Notes: a model not told the origin generated them from the letters alone. A DNA stretch of 64,000 nucleotides from an uncultured Spirochaetota bacterium (GCA_963783575.1 CAWAOD010000010.1:96001-160000), one strand, 5' to 3'; positions 11,401 to 20,860 are shown, numbered from the stretch's first letter. Made by a program: numbers and translations.

Positions 11401-11626
11401 GATGACCAGCTTCGCCATTATATTCGGGATGCTTCCGATGGCGCTGGGTTTAAACGAAGGGTCGAGGGGCAGGCAGGCGCTTCCGATTTCCGTTATCGGC
11501 GGAATTTTAACATCAACAGTTCTGACGCTTGTAGTTGTGCCGGTTGTATATGAGTGGGTGGAAAAGGCTCTTGAAAAGAGAAAGCTTATAAAATTACAAA
11601 ATAAAGTGCAGGTTCCAAATGCATAA
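8480..11626 (+). CDS. RND efflux permease, copy 2
   Basis: 1048-aa close paralog of 3533-6679 with the same motifs. Confidence 0.96.
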   Translation: MNIAGLAIKRPVFVVMIVLSILTLGLVGYSRLPVDLLPNVDFPNLFVITQYPGASSDEIEQLITKPMENALAGVEDLDTLASISREGSSLVIITFTSSADIKYAELTVREKVGQAMSTLPPEVLASISQPVINRASTEDTPIIYMAIKGNRDLANLREIFEDIAQPRLQAVDGVGEVDVVGARNKVINLTVDKTLLAANGLTYNELVNALSQRNISFPAGQIYETQKWINVRVLGLAEDVDQFGNISLTTSTGRILRIKDIAKVDVKLDDEVTRAKVNSENACMIVIYKESGGNTVGVSDNLRKALPGIQKVLPKGISLQMVSDSSKFITRSVNGVEEDIVLGAILAIVIVWLFLGNFRSTIITAIALPNSLLGAFFLVYIAGFTINTMTLLSLSLAVGLLIDDSIVVRENIFRHIEEGEEPKVAAQKGTNEVALAVLSTTLSILAVFIPISFLSGVVGQFFREFGLTVAFALMVSLVDAFTSAPMLSAYWYKKSDPEHAIGLSRLLNNMSIGWNKFYNWLNSLYQDVLGWSLNHKAPVLSAVLVLFIMSIFVSRYIGQNFMSATDTGSFNVNLETYPGAPLDKIDFYITDVEKFLSGQKDVETFYSQIGAQGQSQVAQIYVDMKDLKLRKISTEGLMSVLRKYIRAKYDRDIRYRLTQTSFYGGTGGGIGGGGAYNSPIYLNIAGPDLTVLAGLSQTIFRIAQQTPGAVDLASTYKPGAPEFVVTADNIKAEQMGISAQTLGLTLRDLIAGNIISEFTLGDRNYDVVIRMDENDRKTIDDIRSIELTTRTGQKVPLSAIANFTYSSAPLAIVRENKQRVVRIFGNIEAGHSLSEVIANMTKAIDRNIAFPPGYSYYFAGQQKQFKDLATQMVLALILALLFMYMILASLYNNFLQPLILMLSIPLAIIGAFLALLITGTDLDIYGYIGLLMVFGLVAKNAILLIDFTNKKREEGMSIREALLHSGPLRLRPILMTSFAIIFGMLPMALGLNEGSRGRQALPISVIGGILTSTVLTLVVVPVVYEWVEKALEKRKLIKLQNKVQVPNA

Positions 11627-11643
11627 ACCAGAAAGCATAATTC

Positions 11644-11670
11644 AGGGCGGGTTAAACCCGCCCTTTTTTT
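11644..11670 (+). terminator. Rho-independent terminator, paralogous to 6687-6715
   Basis: AGGGCGGGTT-a-AACCCGCCCT plus T tract. Confidence 0.88.
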
Positions 11671-11684
11671 ATTCCTGCTTAAAA

Positions 11685-12305
11685 TCACTTTTCATCGAGA
11701 TTCCTCGAGAGTGCCGGGAGATTATATAAAAAAACGGTAAGAATGACTATAAAAGTAATCGATATTATACCGTAAGGAATCAATCCGTTTATGAACCGGG
11801 CCATTCCATTTATTTTGTAATGAATTGCATAGCAGACCAATCCAATAAATACGCAGATACTGATTAGAGACACAATCATCCGGGTCTGAAATCTGCTGAA
11901 CCACATAAAATTAAAGCAGACAAATACCGCGCTGTATTCAAGGACACCCCAGAATATTACCAGAAACAATTCAGAGGTAAAAACCCTGTGAAGCCCCCAA
12001 TAAGTACCCGCCCAAACCATTGCAAAAACAGCGCTCCCAATTAAAATTATATGATATATTTTTAATCCGGTATTTTGTACAAATCTTGCCAGGCTCCTCG
12101 TCGAAAAAAAGAGCCATATCGCGCCGATTAAACCAGCGGCCGCGGATATGCTGAAGAAAGTCCTGGAAATATCCGAATTCATATAGAGCTGCTCGCCGTA
12201 ATTCAATATCCAGGCTGTGATATAAGCGGCCCCTGAAATCAGCATAAAAGCATGCCCGGCAATAAACCCGAGATAAACCGAAGGTTCGAAAACAACTTTC
12301 TTCAT
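11685..12305 (-). CDS. Hypothetical multi-pass membrane protein
   Basis: 206 aa, about six hydrophobic segments, AAGGA RBS. Confidence 0.75.
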   Translation of the reverse strand: MKKVVFEPSVYLGFIAGHAFMLISGAAYITAWILNYGEQLYMNSDISRTFFSISAAAGLIGAIWLFFSTRSLARFVQNTGLKIYHIILIGSAVFAMVWAGTYWGLHRVFTSELFLVIFWGVLEYSAVFVCFNFMWFSRFQTRMIVSLISICVFIGLVCYAIHYKINGMARFINGLIPYGIISITFIVILTVFLYNLPALSRNLDEK

Positions 12306-12494
12306 AAAATTTTTCCTTAAATATTAATCAAAAATTCTATATCCCATGCCGGAAAATTGCAATTATTCCAGGTCTTATTTGTTTTTTCAATTTGATTATT
12401 GAATTTTTACCCGGCATTAATTATAATCTTGCGTAAATTGCAAATATTTTGAGTTAGACGTCATTTACCATGCCTATGTTAAAAGGAGAAAGAT

Positions 12495-12962
12495 ATGCCA
12501 CAGATGAATAAAGGCGGAAAATTTGTATTTGGATGGTCCTTAATAAATGAAGATTATACTATTCAATTACCAAAAATGGCTGTTGAAGAATATAAAATAT
12601 CATCTGAAGAAAAAGTCATTCTAATATCTGGTAGTAAGAAAACAGGAGGCTTCTGTGTTTCTCGTAAAGAATTTATCGAAAACTCAAATATTAACGGACT
12701 TTTTACTGCAAATCCTTCATTGAGGGATTATAAAACAAATGAAGGCGAATTTATAAAATACAAAGGCAGGCTTTATTGTTGGTTGACTATAACAAATGAA
12801 GGTCTATTAAAATTAACTGACAAAATATTAAATGATCTTTCATTAAAAAAAGGCGACAAGCTTCTTTCAATACGTGGAAGTGATATTGCATTTGTTATGG
12901 GAGTAAAAGGCCCCTTAATTGAAAAAGGAAATAATTTTGAAGGTGAAATAAAGTTGTATTGA
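12495..12962 (+). CDS. Hypothetical protein, possibly two AbrB-like swapped-hairpin domains
   Basis: AGGAG RBS; repeated pattern IQLPKMAVEEYKISSEEKV and LKLTDKILNDLSLKKGDKL. Confidence 0.65.
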   Translation: MPQMNKGGKFVFGWSLINEDYTIQLPKMAVEEYKISSEEKVILISGSKKTGGFCVSRKEFIENSNINGLFTANPSLRDYKTNEGEFIKYKGRLYCWLTITNEGLLKLTDKILNDLSLKKGDKLLSIRGSDIAFVMGVKGPLIEKGNNFEGEIKLY

Positions 12963-13061
12963 AACGGACATCACGCTTATTGGAATTATATAATGGGATA
13001 TTATACAAAAAAATAAATATAAAATTCCTTAGCCCAGGCAAGAAGAATAATGAGGATCAAA

Positions 13062-13662
13062 ATGGATTATTTTATTCGAGAAATTACTATGAAAGATTAT
13101 GTAGAAGTATTATCATTCTGGAAAAAATTTGAAGGATTAAATGTTGATGAATCGGATTCCTATGATAACTTTGAAATATATTTAAAAAGAAATCCGGAAC
13201 TATGTTATATCGCAATAATCGGAAATAAAATTGTTGGCGCCGTAAAATGCGGGCAGGACGGGGTTTACTGAAAAATGAGTTAAAATTTGAAAACTATAAC
13301 CAACCGTTTCTAATGCATTTATAACTCATTGTTATAAAATAGGATAGGACGCTAATAAAATACTGTTTATTAAACATTTTAAGATTTATGCTGATTTTCA
13401 GTGAACCCAGGACGGCAGGAGAGGGTATTTACATCATCTTGCGGTGGAAAAGGAGTACAGGCAAAATGGCATAGGGAAATCATTATACGGTAAATGCCTG
13501 GAATCTCTTGAAAGACAAGGGATTAAAAAATGCAATTTATTCGTTTATGATGCAAATAAAAGCGCAATGGAGTTCTGGCAGGCAAATGGATGGAAAATAT
13601 TGCATTATGATTATAGGACACTTCAAAAAGATATTGGAAAAGTCAGTTCCGAATTAAAATGA
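13062..13662 (+). pseudogene. GNAT acetyltransferase interrupted by a MITE
   Basis: Removing 13261-13414 restores CGQDGRRGYLHHLAVEKEYRQNGIGKSL in one frame. Confidence 0.9.
13261..13408. mobile_element. 148-bp non-autonomous MITE with 14-bp TIRs and 6-bp target duplication
   Basis: GGGTTTACTGAAAA...TTTTCAGTGAACCC (13/14); AGGACG at 13255-13260 and 13409-13414. Confidence 0.9.
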
Positions 13663-13689
13663 TAGAGAACAATTAACCTGGAGGATCAT

Positions 13690-14076
13690 ATGAATTCAAA
13701 CGATTATCATGGAATAATCATCAATCAGAGTCAAAAAAATAAATCGATTTTCAAAAAACTGAAAATCATAGGCAGGAAAAAAGTCTTATTCGGCCTGGTA
13801 ATCTTATACAAAATAAGCGTGGAAAGTGATAGTTTAAATGAGTTAATTAAAAGCGTCCGGGAAAATATGGCATCAAGATTATTTATCTTGAAACAGGAAT
13901 ATTATGCCCATTTTTATAGAAACAATGAATTGATCATTGTCTTTAAAGACAAAGTTTTCAATGTCACAACCGATAAGAATGCCTGGAGAGAAGCCATAGA
14001 ATTCGGCAAGTCATTAAATATCATTGAAAAACAACTTGATTTTACACCTAATAAAGTCGAAGATGAAACCTACTAG
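13690..14076 (+). CDS. Hypothetical protein
   Basis: 128-aa ORF with GGAGG RBS. Confidence 0.7.
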   Translation: MNSNDYHGIIINQSQKNKSIFKKLKIIGRKKVLFGLVILYKISVESDSLNELIKSVRENMASRLFILKQEYYAHFYRNNELIIVFKDKVFNVTTDKNAWREAIEFGKSLNIIEKQLDFTPNKVEDETY

Positions 14077-14089
14077 TTCAGGCGGCATT

Positions 14090-15520
14090 ATGAAAGTAAG
14101 TTTGTTCCTTATTCTATCTTTGTGCTTTCTTATGTTTTTCACCGAAAATGCTGATGCACAACCCGCAACTGAAGATATCGGAATAAGAATCAGGTTCGAT
14201 GAGCAGAAATTGTCTGATTCCAAAGATAAATATCAATTACAGGATGAGATTGAAAGGCTTCATCGCATTTTACTTGATTATAAATTAACCGGTCAAATGC
14301 TTTATAAAAGATTAACAGATTCAATGTGGCCAATATCAATTGAACAATATGATAGCTGGAAAAAATCAGGTTATTTTGATTATGTGATAAAAAATGGAAC
14401 AAACTATTATTTTAACGGAAGCGTTGCAAATCTTTTTTTTGCTCATCCGGAATTCCGGGAATTAAGGATTGATAAGAATTTTAAAGCCAGCAATACTGTT
14501 TATGCGGAATCATTATTGAAAAACCTGAGGACCATAAAAGCAGAATCGCTAAAACATAAAACTAATATCGTATTACCGGTCACAATTATGGGACAGATGA
14601 ATTTAACAATAATAGCAAAACCTGATAAACCTAATTCTCAGCTCAAAGTATGGCTTCCCTATCCGCCTGTATTTTACCGTCAGCCGGAAGTTCAAACTCT
14701 ATCTTCCATTCCTGAAATAAAACTTCTCAGCCAGCCGGACAGCCTCATCCGGTCAGCCTATTTCGAAAATTTCCCTGCGGCGGACGGCTCAAATTCGATT
14801 ATTTTATCCTACCGGTATATTTCTTATGCCTATTACCAGGAAATTGATCCCGATAAAGTTTATTCTCAATTTTCTCAAACGCCCGAGATTCAAAGGTTTT
14901 TAAAACAACAGCCCCCTCATATTTTATTTACATCAAAGATAAATGCAGTATCAAAAATAATAGTCGGCAATGAAAATAATCCTTACCTGGCAGCAAGAAA
15001 AATTTATTATTGGATCTCTGAAAACACGTATTACAGCCTGGCCAGGGAATATTCCACAATTCAAAATATTCCGGAACTGCTACTCGAAAAAAAAGCCGGC
15101 GATTGCGGAATGGAGGCCTTATTGTTCATAACCCTGTGCCGTCTGAACGGAATACCAGCCCGCTGGGAATCCGGCTGGCGCATTAAAAATGGAGGCGCGA
15201 CCGGGATGCATGACTGGGCTGAGATTTATCTGGAGCCTTACGGCTGGGTTCCTGTCGATCCATACATGGCCGTCTTTGCAATGTCGGGAGAGCATGATCT
15301 TTCAATTGAAAAAAGGAAAGAATTGAGGGATTTTTATTTCGGCGGGATCGATAACCTCCGGCTGGTTATAAACCGGGATAATAACCGGGAATTTGATCCT
15401 CCGAAGATATCACCGCGTTCGGACCCGGTGGATTTCCAGCGCCCGGAGCTGGAAATCGGCGGAATAAATCAGTATTATGACCGTTTCAGTTATAAAATGA
15501 CGCTGAAAGTAATCCAATAA
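14090..15520 (+). CDS. Exported transglutaminase-like domain protein
   Basis: Signal peptide from MKVSLF; GDCGMEALLFITLCRLNGIPARW, HDWAEIY, GWVPVDP (Cys-His-Asp triad). Confidence 0.88.
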   Translation: MKVSLFLILSLCFLMFFTENADAQPATEDIGIRIRFDEQKLSDSKDKYQLQDEIERLHRILLDYKLTGQMLYKRLTDSMWPISIEQYDSWKKSGYFDYVIKNGTNYYFNGSVANLFFAHPEFRELRIDKNFKASNTVYAESLLKNLRTIKAESLKHKTNIVLPVTIMGQMNLTIIAKPDKPNSQLKVWLPYPPVFYRQPEVQTLSSIPEIKLLSQPDSLIRSAYFENFPAADGSNSIILSYRYISYAYYQEIDPDKVYSQFSQTPEIQRFLKQQPPHILFTSKINAVSKIIVGNENNPYLAARKIYYWISENTYYSLAREYSTIQNIPELLLEKKAGDCGMEALLFITLCRLNGIPARWESGWRIKNGGATGMHDWAEIYLEPYGWVPVDPYMAVFAMSGEHDLSIEKRKELRDFYFGGIDNLRLVINRDNNREFDPPKISPRSDPVDFQRPELEIGGINQYYDRFSYKMTLKVIQ

Positions 15521-15537
15521 CAAGCGCGGCAGGTTTG

Positions 15538-16536
15538 TCAATTAAACTTTCCATTCCAGAGACTTGAATTTGTGTATGTTAATAATCCGTTCGTTTCAAT
15601 TATATATAAAACCGGCAGTTTCATTTTTTCGGCTAACTCCAGCCCTTTATCCGGCCCAATAGTAAAAAACATACTGGATAATCCGTCGGAAGCCTCACGG
15701 GATTCTGATATAACACTCGCGCTAACCACTCCGTTCCGGACCGGATAGCCGGAAAACGGATTCATAATGTGAAAATAACGTATTCCGTTAGTAATAAAAT
15801 ACTGTTCATAATCTCCTGATGTCGCCACGGATTTTCCAGATTCAAGAACAATTGTCCCGAAAAGATCTCCGGATTTTCTGGGATGCCTTATTCCGATCAG
15901 CCAGTCAGAACCGTCGGGTTTCCTGCCGAATACCTTTAAATTGCCTCCGGCATCTGCAAAACCAGCTTTTATTCCTGAATCCTGAAGATACTTAACAACC
16001 TGATTTACGGTATACCCTTTGACGATCCCGCCAAGATCGATTTTCACATCATCGGACAAAGTTACCCTGCTTCCTTTAATTTTGATATTCCGGTAACCGA
16101 CATGTTTCAGTATTTCATTAATCTCTGACGCGGCTGGAATATGGCCGTTATCATCATAAAATCCCCATACTTTCATCAACGGATAAACTGTAACATCAAA
16201 ACGGCCGCCTGATATGGCGGATAAATCCAGCGCATCTTTTAAAACCGCTATTGAATCCGTATCCCAATCCGCAGAACGGGAAAAATTGAGCTTTGAGACA
16301 ATAGAATCGTTGCTTGTTGTGCTGTATTTTACCTCATAATTTCGTACAATTTTAAAGGCGCCTTCAAAAATTAAATCGGCAGAAGCATCAGATAAATCGG
16401 TGTAAATTACAATCTGAAAGACAGTATGCATCATCAGCTCCGTCTTTTCAATCTTCCGCACCTCTTTTTTCACTGCACATCCGGTAAACATGAATATTAA
16501 AAACAATAAAAATATTGTTAAGATTTTTTTTGACAT
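15538..16536 (-). CDS. apbE: FAD:protein FMN transferase lipoprotein
   Basis: Lipobox FTGC; FDVTVYPL, IDLGGIVKGY, VATSGDYE, HIMNPFSGYP. Confidence 0.92.
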   Translation of the reverse strand: MSKKILTIFLLFLIFMFTGCAVKKEVRKIEKTELMMHTVFQIVIYTDLSDASADLIFEGAFKIVRNYEVKYSTTSNDSIVSKLNFSRSADWDTDSIAVLKDALDLSAISGGRFDVTVYPLMKVWGFYDDNGHIPAASEINEILKHVGYRNIKIKGSRVTLSDDVKIDLGGIVKGYTVNQVVKYLQDSGIKAGFADAGGNLKVFGRKPDGSDWLIGIRHPRKSGDLFGTIVLESGKSVATSGDYEQYFITNGIRYFHIMNPFSGYPVRNGVVSASVISESREASDGLSSMFFTIGPDKGLELAEKMKLPVLYIIETNGLLTYTNSSLWNGKFN

Positions 16537-17321
16537 TAAACACTCCTTTTGTCTTCCAAAACTTTTGATTTCTCTTTAAACAAAACAAGGTATTCCACAT
16601 TTCCACTTTTTGCCCCGGTAATCGGCGACTCTATTATTCCTATCGAATCAAGTCCTATCGATCCGGCAAATTTTATAACAGACTCGACTGCAATCTTCCT
16701 GAACTCTTCTTTAACCAGTCCTCTTCTTCCTATTTTCGTCCTATCAAGCTCAAACTGCGGCTTAAGTAGTGTAATGATTTCAAAACCTTTTTTCAACACT
16801 TTTATAAGCGGGTCCAGAATTTTTGTCAGAGAAATGAAAGATACATCGACTACTGCAAGTTCGGGCAAAGGATTAAATGTAATTTGATCTATATAACGTG
16901 CGTTAGTATTTTCCATAGTAACCACTCGTGTGTCACTCCTCAACTTCCAATCGAGCTGATTTGTTCCCGCGTCAACAGCATAAACAAGGCGCGCACCCCT
17001 TTCCAGAAGAACCTGTGTAAACCCGCCAGTTGAAGAACCGATATCCGCAGCGATCCTGCCTTTAACATCGATATGAAAAATATCCAGGGCATGGATTAAT
17101 TTTAGCGCCCCACGGCCGACATATGGAGATTTTTCCCTGATTCTTAATGGAGCTGAACTATCAACCATTGTTCCCGGTTTTGTAACCGGATTTTCATTAA
17201 CAAGCACATTACCGGCTATTATTTCTGCCTGAGCCTTCCGGCGTGAATCAACCAGCCCGAGCCTGTAAAGAATGGTATCTAGTCGTTCTTTATTGGACAC
17301 ATTTTTTCTCAATATAATCAA
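16536..17321 (-). CDS. tlyA: TlyA family rRNA methyltransferase (likely start GTG at 17300)
   Basis: S4 domain ERLD, DIGSSTGGFT, DVSFISL, LKPQFE, SPITGAKSGNVEY. Confidence 0.93.
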   Translation of the reverse strand: MIILRKNVSNKERLDTILYRLGLVDSRRKAQAEIIAGNVLVNENPVTKPGTMVDSSAPLRIREKSPYVGRGALKLIHALDIFHIDVKGRIAADIGSSTGGFTQVLLERGARLVYAVDAGTNQLDWKLRSDTRVVTMENTNARYIDQITFNPLPELAVVDVSFISLTKILDPLIKVLKKGFEIITLLKPQFELDRTKIGRRGLVKEEFRKIAVESVIKFAGSIGLDSIGIIESPITGAKSGNVEYLVLFKEKSKVLEDKRSV

Positions 17322-17332
17322 TTTTTTGAAAA

Positions 17333-17497
17333 CTACTTATAACGTTTTATTATTTCAAAAATAGCATAAAGAAAAGCAAAAACACCTAATATTGAAAGAA
17401 TTGTATTCAGGATAATTCCACTTGGATCAAAAGCGGCTAAATATACAACAAAGGTTGATATTAATAAAAGCCCAATTATTAAATGGAAAAATTTCAT
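17333..17497 (-). CDS. Small two-TM membrane protein, 54 aa (below ORF-track cutoff)
   Basis: MKFFHLIIGLLLISTFVVYLAAFDPSGIILNTILSILGVFAFLYAIFEIIKRYK; ATGA overlap with the upstream ORF. Confidence 0.65.
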   Translation of the reverse strand: MKFFHLIIGLLLISTFVVYLAAFDPSGIILNTILSILGVFAFLYAIFEIIKRYK

Positions 17498-17628
17498 TTT
17501 TGTGCAGCCAATATTTTCTTGATTTCTTTTGCAGTTTTCTCAACTGTAATATCAATTATTGAAACAATAAAGAAATAAATGCCTGCAGTTAAACCCAATA
17601 TTCCGCCAATAATATAAAAATATTTCAT
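17494..17628 (-). CDS. Small single-TM protein, 44 aa (below ORF-track cutoff)
   Basis: MKYFYIIGGILGLTAGIYFFIVSIIDITVEKTAKEIKKILAAQK; GAGGT RBS; consensus promoter upstream. Confidence 0.7.
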   Translation of the reverse strand: MKYFYIIGGILGLTAGIYFFIVSIIDITVEKTAKEIKKILAAQK

Positions 17629-17653
17629 ATATACCTCATTATACTGTTAATAA

Positions 17654-17682
17654 ATTATAAATAAAACAATGAAAAGAGTCAA
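17654..17682 (-). promoter_or_regulatory. sigma70 promoter for the microprotein-tlyA-apbE unit
   Basis: Minus strand TTGACT-17 bp-TATAAT. Confidence 0.75.
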
Positions 17683-17947
17683 CGGGTGGTATAATTAAAG
17701 GTATAATTAAAGTTTTATCTTTCATTCTTTTCTCTTATAGTCTTTAATTTTTTAAATTTACAAATTCTTATCACTTTGAGCAAACTTGTGAATAATCAAA
17801 ATTTTATTTTTATATGTTTTCCCGGAGAATTATTGCATAGTAAGAACAGGGCTTCAGGAAAATCACGGCAATTTTTTGCTGTTTTTGCTGCCATAAGGTA
17901 CAATATTTCTAAATATAACCTATCACTTTAATAATTGGAGGTATATC

Positions 17948-20571
17948 GTGAAAATGTTTATGAAAGCAGCTCTTTCGGTATTTTTGGGTTTTGTTTTTCT
18001 TATTATTTATTCCTGTTCCGCACAACCGGGTTCAAACGGCGGAAATTCTTCTTCATCATCGATCAGTAAAGGCAGTATAACAATCCATTTCGGTATTTCC
18101 GGCAACTCCGGAAGCTATGTCAACACAAGTATCAGTAAAACGGTGGTGGCTAATTTCTCAAACGCTGTCGATACTTACAGCGTTTCGCTGGCCAGCCAGA
18201 ACGGTTTTTCAACAAAAACCGCAACGGTATCGGCGGCTTCAAACTCAATTACTTTTTCCAATGTTGAGGTCGGGACCTGGGATATATCCGTTAACGCCTT
18301 GAAAAGCGGCTTATCGGCCGGAACCGGGAGTTTATCCAACCAGAACCTGACATCCGGGGCGACATTGAACCTCACAATACCGATCATCTTTTCACAAACC
18401 GCCGGGACAGGGAATATGTCTCTTACAGTTCAGTTCCCGGTATCGACGGGCATTAATTATATTTCCGGCACAATAGCCGGGACGAATTTAATACCGGTAA
18501 TCACTACCTGCTCGACCAACTCAAATTATTATCAGGCGGCATTCAGCCTGGCAAGCATCAATAGCGGTTATCAATCACTGGTAATGACGTTCATGAGAGG
18601 GGGAGCTTCAGGAACCACGGCGGGTATTTTCAGGGAATCGGTCAATATCTGGAACAATGTGACCAGCGACCAATGGATTGACCCGAACGGCAACCTTGTC
18701 CCTGTCCGTGTTTTCAGCGCGAACGAGTTCTATAACGCTAACGCGAGCTTGTCGGGACTCAGTTTATCTGCCGGAACTCTGCTCTTCAGTTCATCAACAA
18801 CAAATTACAATACCGGGAATGTTAACATTTCCGGTACGACCGTCACCCCGACCGGTTCGATCAGCGGACAGTATATCCAGTACAGTGTCAACAGCGGAAG
18901 CTGGAACTATATCGAATCCGGGACAACATCGGGAATTTTACCGCTCAACCCGGGATTAAACAATATATCGGTAAAAGTTACCGCCCCGGACAAACAGAAT
19001 GTGATGACCTACTCTATCCTTATTTCTAATGCATATACAATTAATTCGAGCGCCGATGTAAACGGTTCGATCACTCCATCCGGAAATGTCGCCGTGAATC
19101 CGGGAGCAAACCAGGGCTACACAATAACGCCGAATACCGGGTTCCAGGTAAGCAACGTAACGGTCGATGGAGTAAGCCAGGGCGCGGTCACATCTTATAC
19201 GTTCACCAATGTTCAGGCAAACCATACAATCAGCGTTACGTTCATGTTAATCCCATACACAATAACGGCAAACGCCGGAGCGAACGGATCAATCAGCCCT
19301 TCCGGCAGTGTGGCGGTAAACTACGATTCAAGCCAGAGTTTCACTATCACGCCGAATACAGGGTACCAGATCAGCAATGTAGCAGTCGATGGGGTAAGCC
19401 AGGGTATAATAACATCATATACATTCACAAATGTTCAGGCAAACCATACGATTAGCGCCGGATTCAAACCGCTCACCGGCACTGTTATAATAGGATTTAC
19501 AATATCCAACCCGAATTACCAGGCAGTAACATTTGCTACAAACAGCATAACCATTGCGCGAGGTCAGACCCTTACTTTATCTACCACAAACCAGAACTTA
19601 ACCGGTTTAAGCGGCTGGAACTGGTATGTTGATAATGTGCAGGATAGCGCTCAAACAACCTCGACTTACAGCTGGAATTCGACAGGTAAACAGCCGGGCC
19701 AATACATAATCAATATGGATGTTGTCTATAACAGCATCGATTATTCCGGCTCTTTGATAGTAACCGTTGTATCCGGTTATTCCATAACATTTAATCCTGG
19801 CGGCGGAAGCGGGACAATGCAGAGCTCAAATAATTCCCGTCGGTTCAACGGCAAATCTGACTTCTAATTCTTTCACTTATACAGGCTATACATTCGCGGG
19901 ATGGAGCAATTCGAGCGGTGTTTCATACGCGGATACTGCCAGTTATACTATGGGAACCGCCAATGTAACACTGTACGCATGCTGGATCAGCACCAAATTC
20001 ATATTCCCTTTCAGGCGGTAAGATCACTATCACCAATTTCGGAAATTCGGCCGGGAATGTTGTTATTCCCTCTACGATTAACGGATATCCTGTAGTAAGC
20101 ATTGGTAATTCCGCATTTCAAAACTGTTCCAACCTGGCCAGTATAACTATTCCGGATTCAGTCACTAATTTGGGTCAGAATGCGTTTGTTAATTGCTCCA
20201 ATCTCACCAGCGCTATTCTTGGGAACTCAATATCATCCATTGGAGGTTCTGCATTCCTGTCTTGTATCAAACTTACCAATATTAATATACCAAATACAGT
20301 CACTTATATTGGACCCGGCGCTTTTTGTTACTGTTATAGCTTAAATAGTATCTTTATTCCCAAATCAGTCACAACTATAGGTGCGCCGGCATTTGGGGTA
20401 TGCACAAATTTAACCAATGTTACATTTGAAAGTTCAAATTGCTCTCTGGGTATTTTGCCGCCTTCTTCAACCGTGTTTGATGGCGATACAAAGGTTACCG
20501 TGAGGGCGCCCGCAAACGGGACTGTACAAAGTTACTGTACTGCTCACAGCATACCATTTGCGGCATATTGA
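17948..20571 (+). CDS. Large surface lipoprotein (cadherin-like beta-sandwich, two 74-aa repeats, Listeria-Bacteroides repeat, BspA-type LRRs); two apparent frameshifts near 19822 and 20000
   Basis: Lipobox IYSC and Ser linker; alternative frames continue as TANLTSNSFTYTGYTFAGW..NVTLYACW and then VVIPSTINGYPVVSIGNSAFQNCSNLASITIPDSV into ORF 20170-20571. Confidence 0.8.
19034..19465 (+). repeat. Intragenic tandem repeat, 222-bp period
   Basis: YTI...NGSI.PSG.VAVN...TITPNTG.Q.SNV.VDGVSQG..TSYTFTNVQANHTIS occurs twice. Confidence 0.9.
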
Positions 20572-20599
20572 AACAAACCATTCGTAATCGATAAAAAGA

Positions 20600-20627
20600 G
20601 CGGGGCTGATGGCCCCGCCTTGTTTTT
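20600..20627 (+). terminator. Terminator hairpin, possibly bidirectional
   Basis: GCGGGGC-tgatg-GCCCCGC with a T-rich tail and an A-run before. Confidence 0.7.
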
Positions 20628-20634
20628 GATTATA

Positions 20635-20657
20635 TTCGTCTCCACTCAGGATGACAA
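20635..20657 (-). repeat. REP-like unit
   Basis: Reverse complement TTGTCATCCTGAGTGGAGACGAA nearly matches the reconstructed unit at 20731-20860. Confidence 0.7.
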
Positions 20658-20730
20658 TCGTCGGAGTCTACACTGAGCTGGTTGAGCCACTTAGGATGGA
20701 CTGATTTAAAACAGAAATGTACGGCATAAA

Positions 20731-20860
20731 GTCACCCTGAGCGGACAGACTGTGTGAAAACTTGGCTTTTTGAAGCGTAATTCTATATTTTCCGTTTTAT
20801 AACTTCAATAAATAGGTAATGAAAAATAGTTTTCACACAGTCTGGGAGACGAAGGGTGAC
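20731..20860 (+). repeat. REP-like hairpin GTCACCCTGAGCGGAGACGAAGGGTGAC split by a MITE
   Basis: GTCACCCT (20731-38) pairs with AGGGTGAC (20853-60); contiguous after removing the insertion. Confidence 0.75.
20746..20844. mobile_element. 99-bp MITE with perfect 17-bp TIRs and GGA duplication
   Basis: CAGACTGTGTGAAAACT...AGTTTTCACACAGTCTG; GGA at 20743-45 and 20845-47. Confidence 0.88.

Noticed and set aside
3679..11688. Antisense and alternate-frame ORFs inside the RND genes (for example 11047-11688)
   Set aside because: Shadow ORFs of strongly supported genes
17688..17712. 12-bp tandem repeat GGTATAATTAAA x2
   Set aside because: Real but short and not palindromic; no supportable function
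19034..19465. Diversity-generating retroelement template/variable repeat pair
   Set aside because: In-frame domain repeat with differences not limited to adenines; no reverse transcriptase
19901..20095. 64-aa ORF
   Set aside because: Wrong-frame translation within the frameshifted lipoprotein gene
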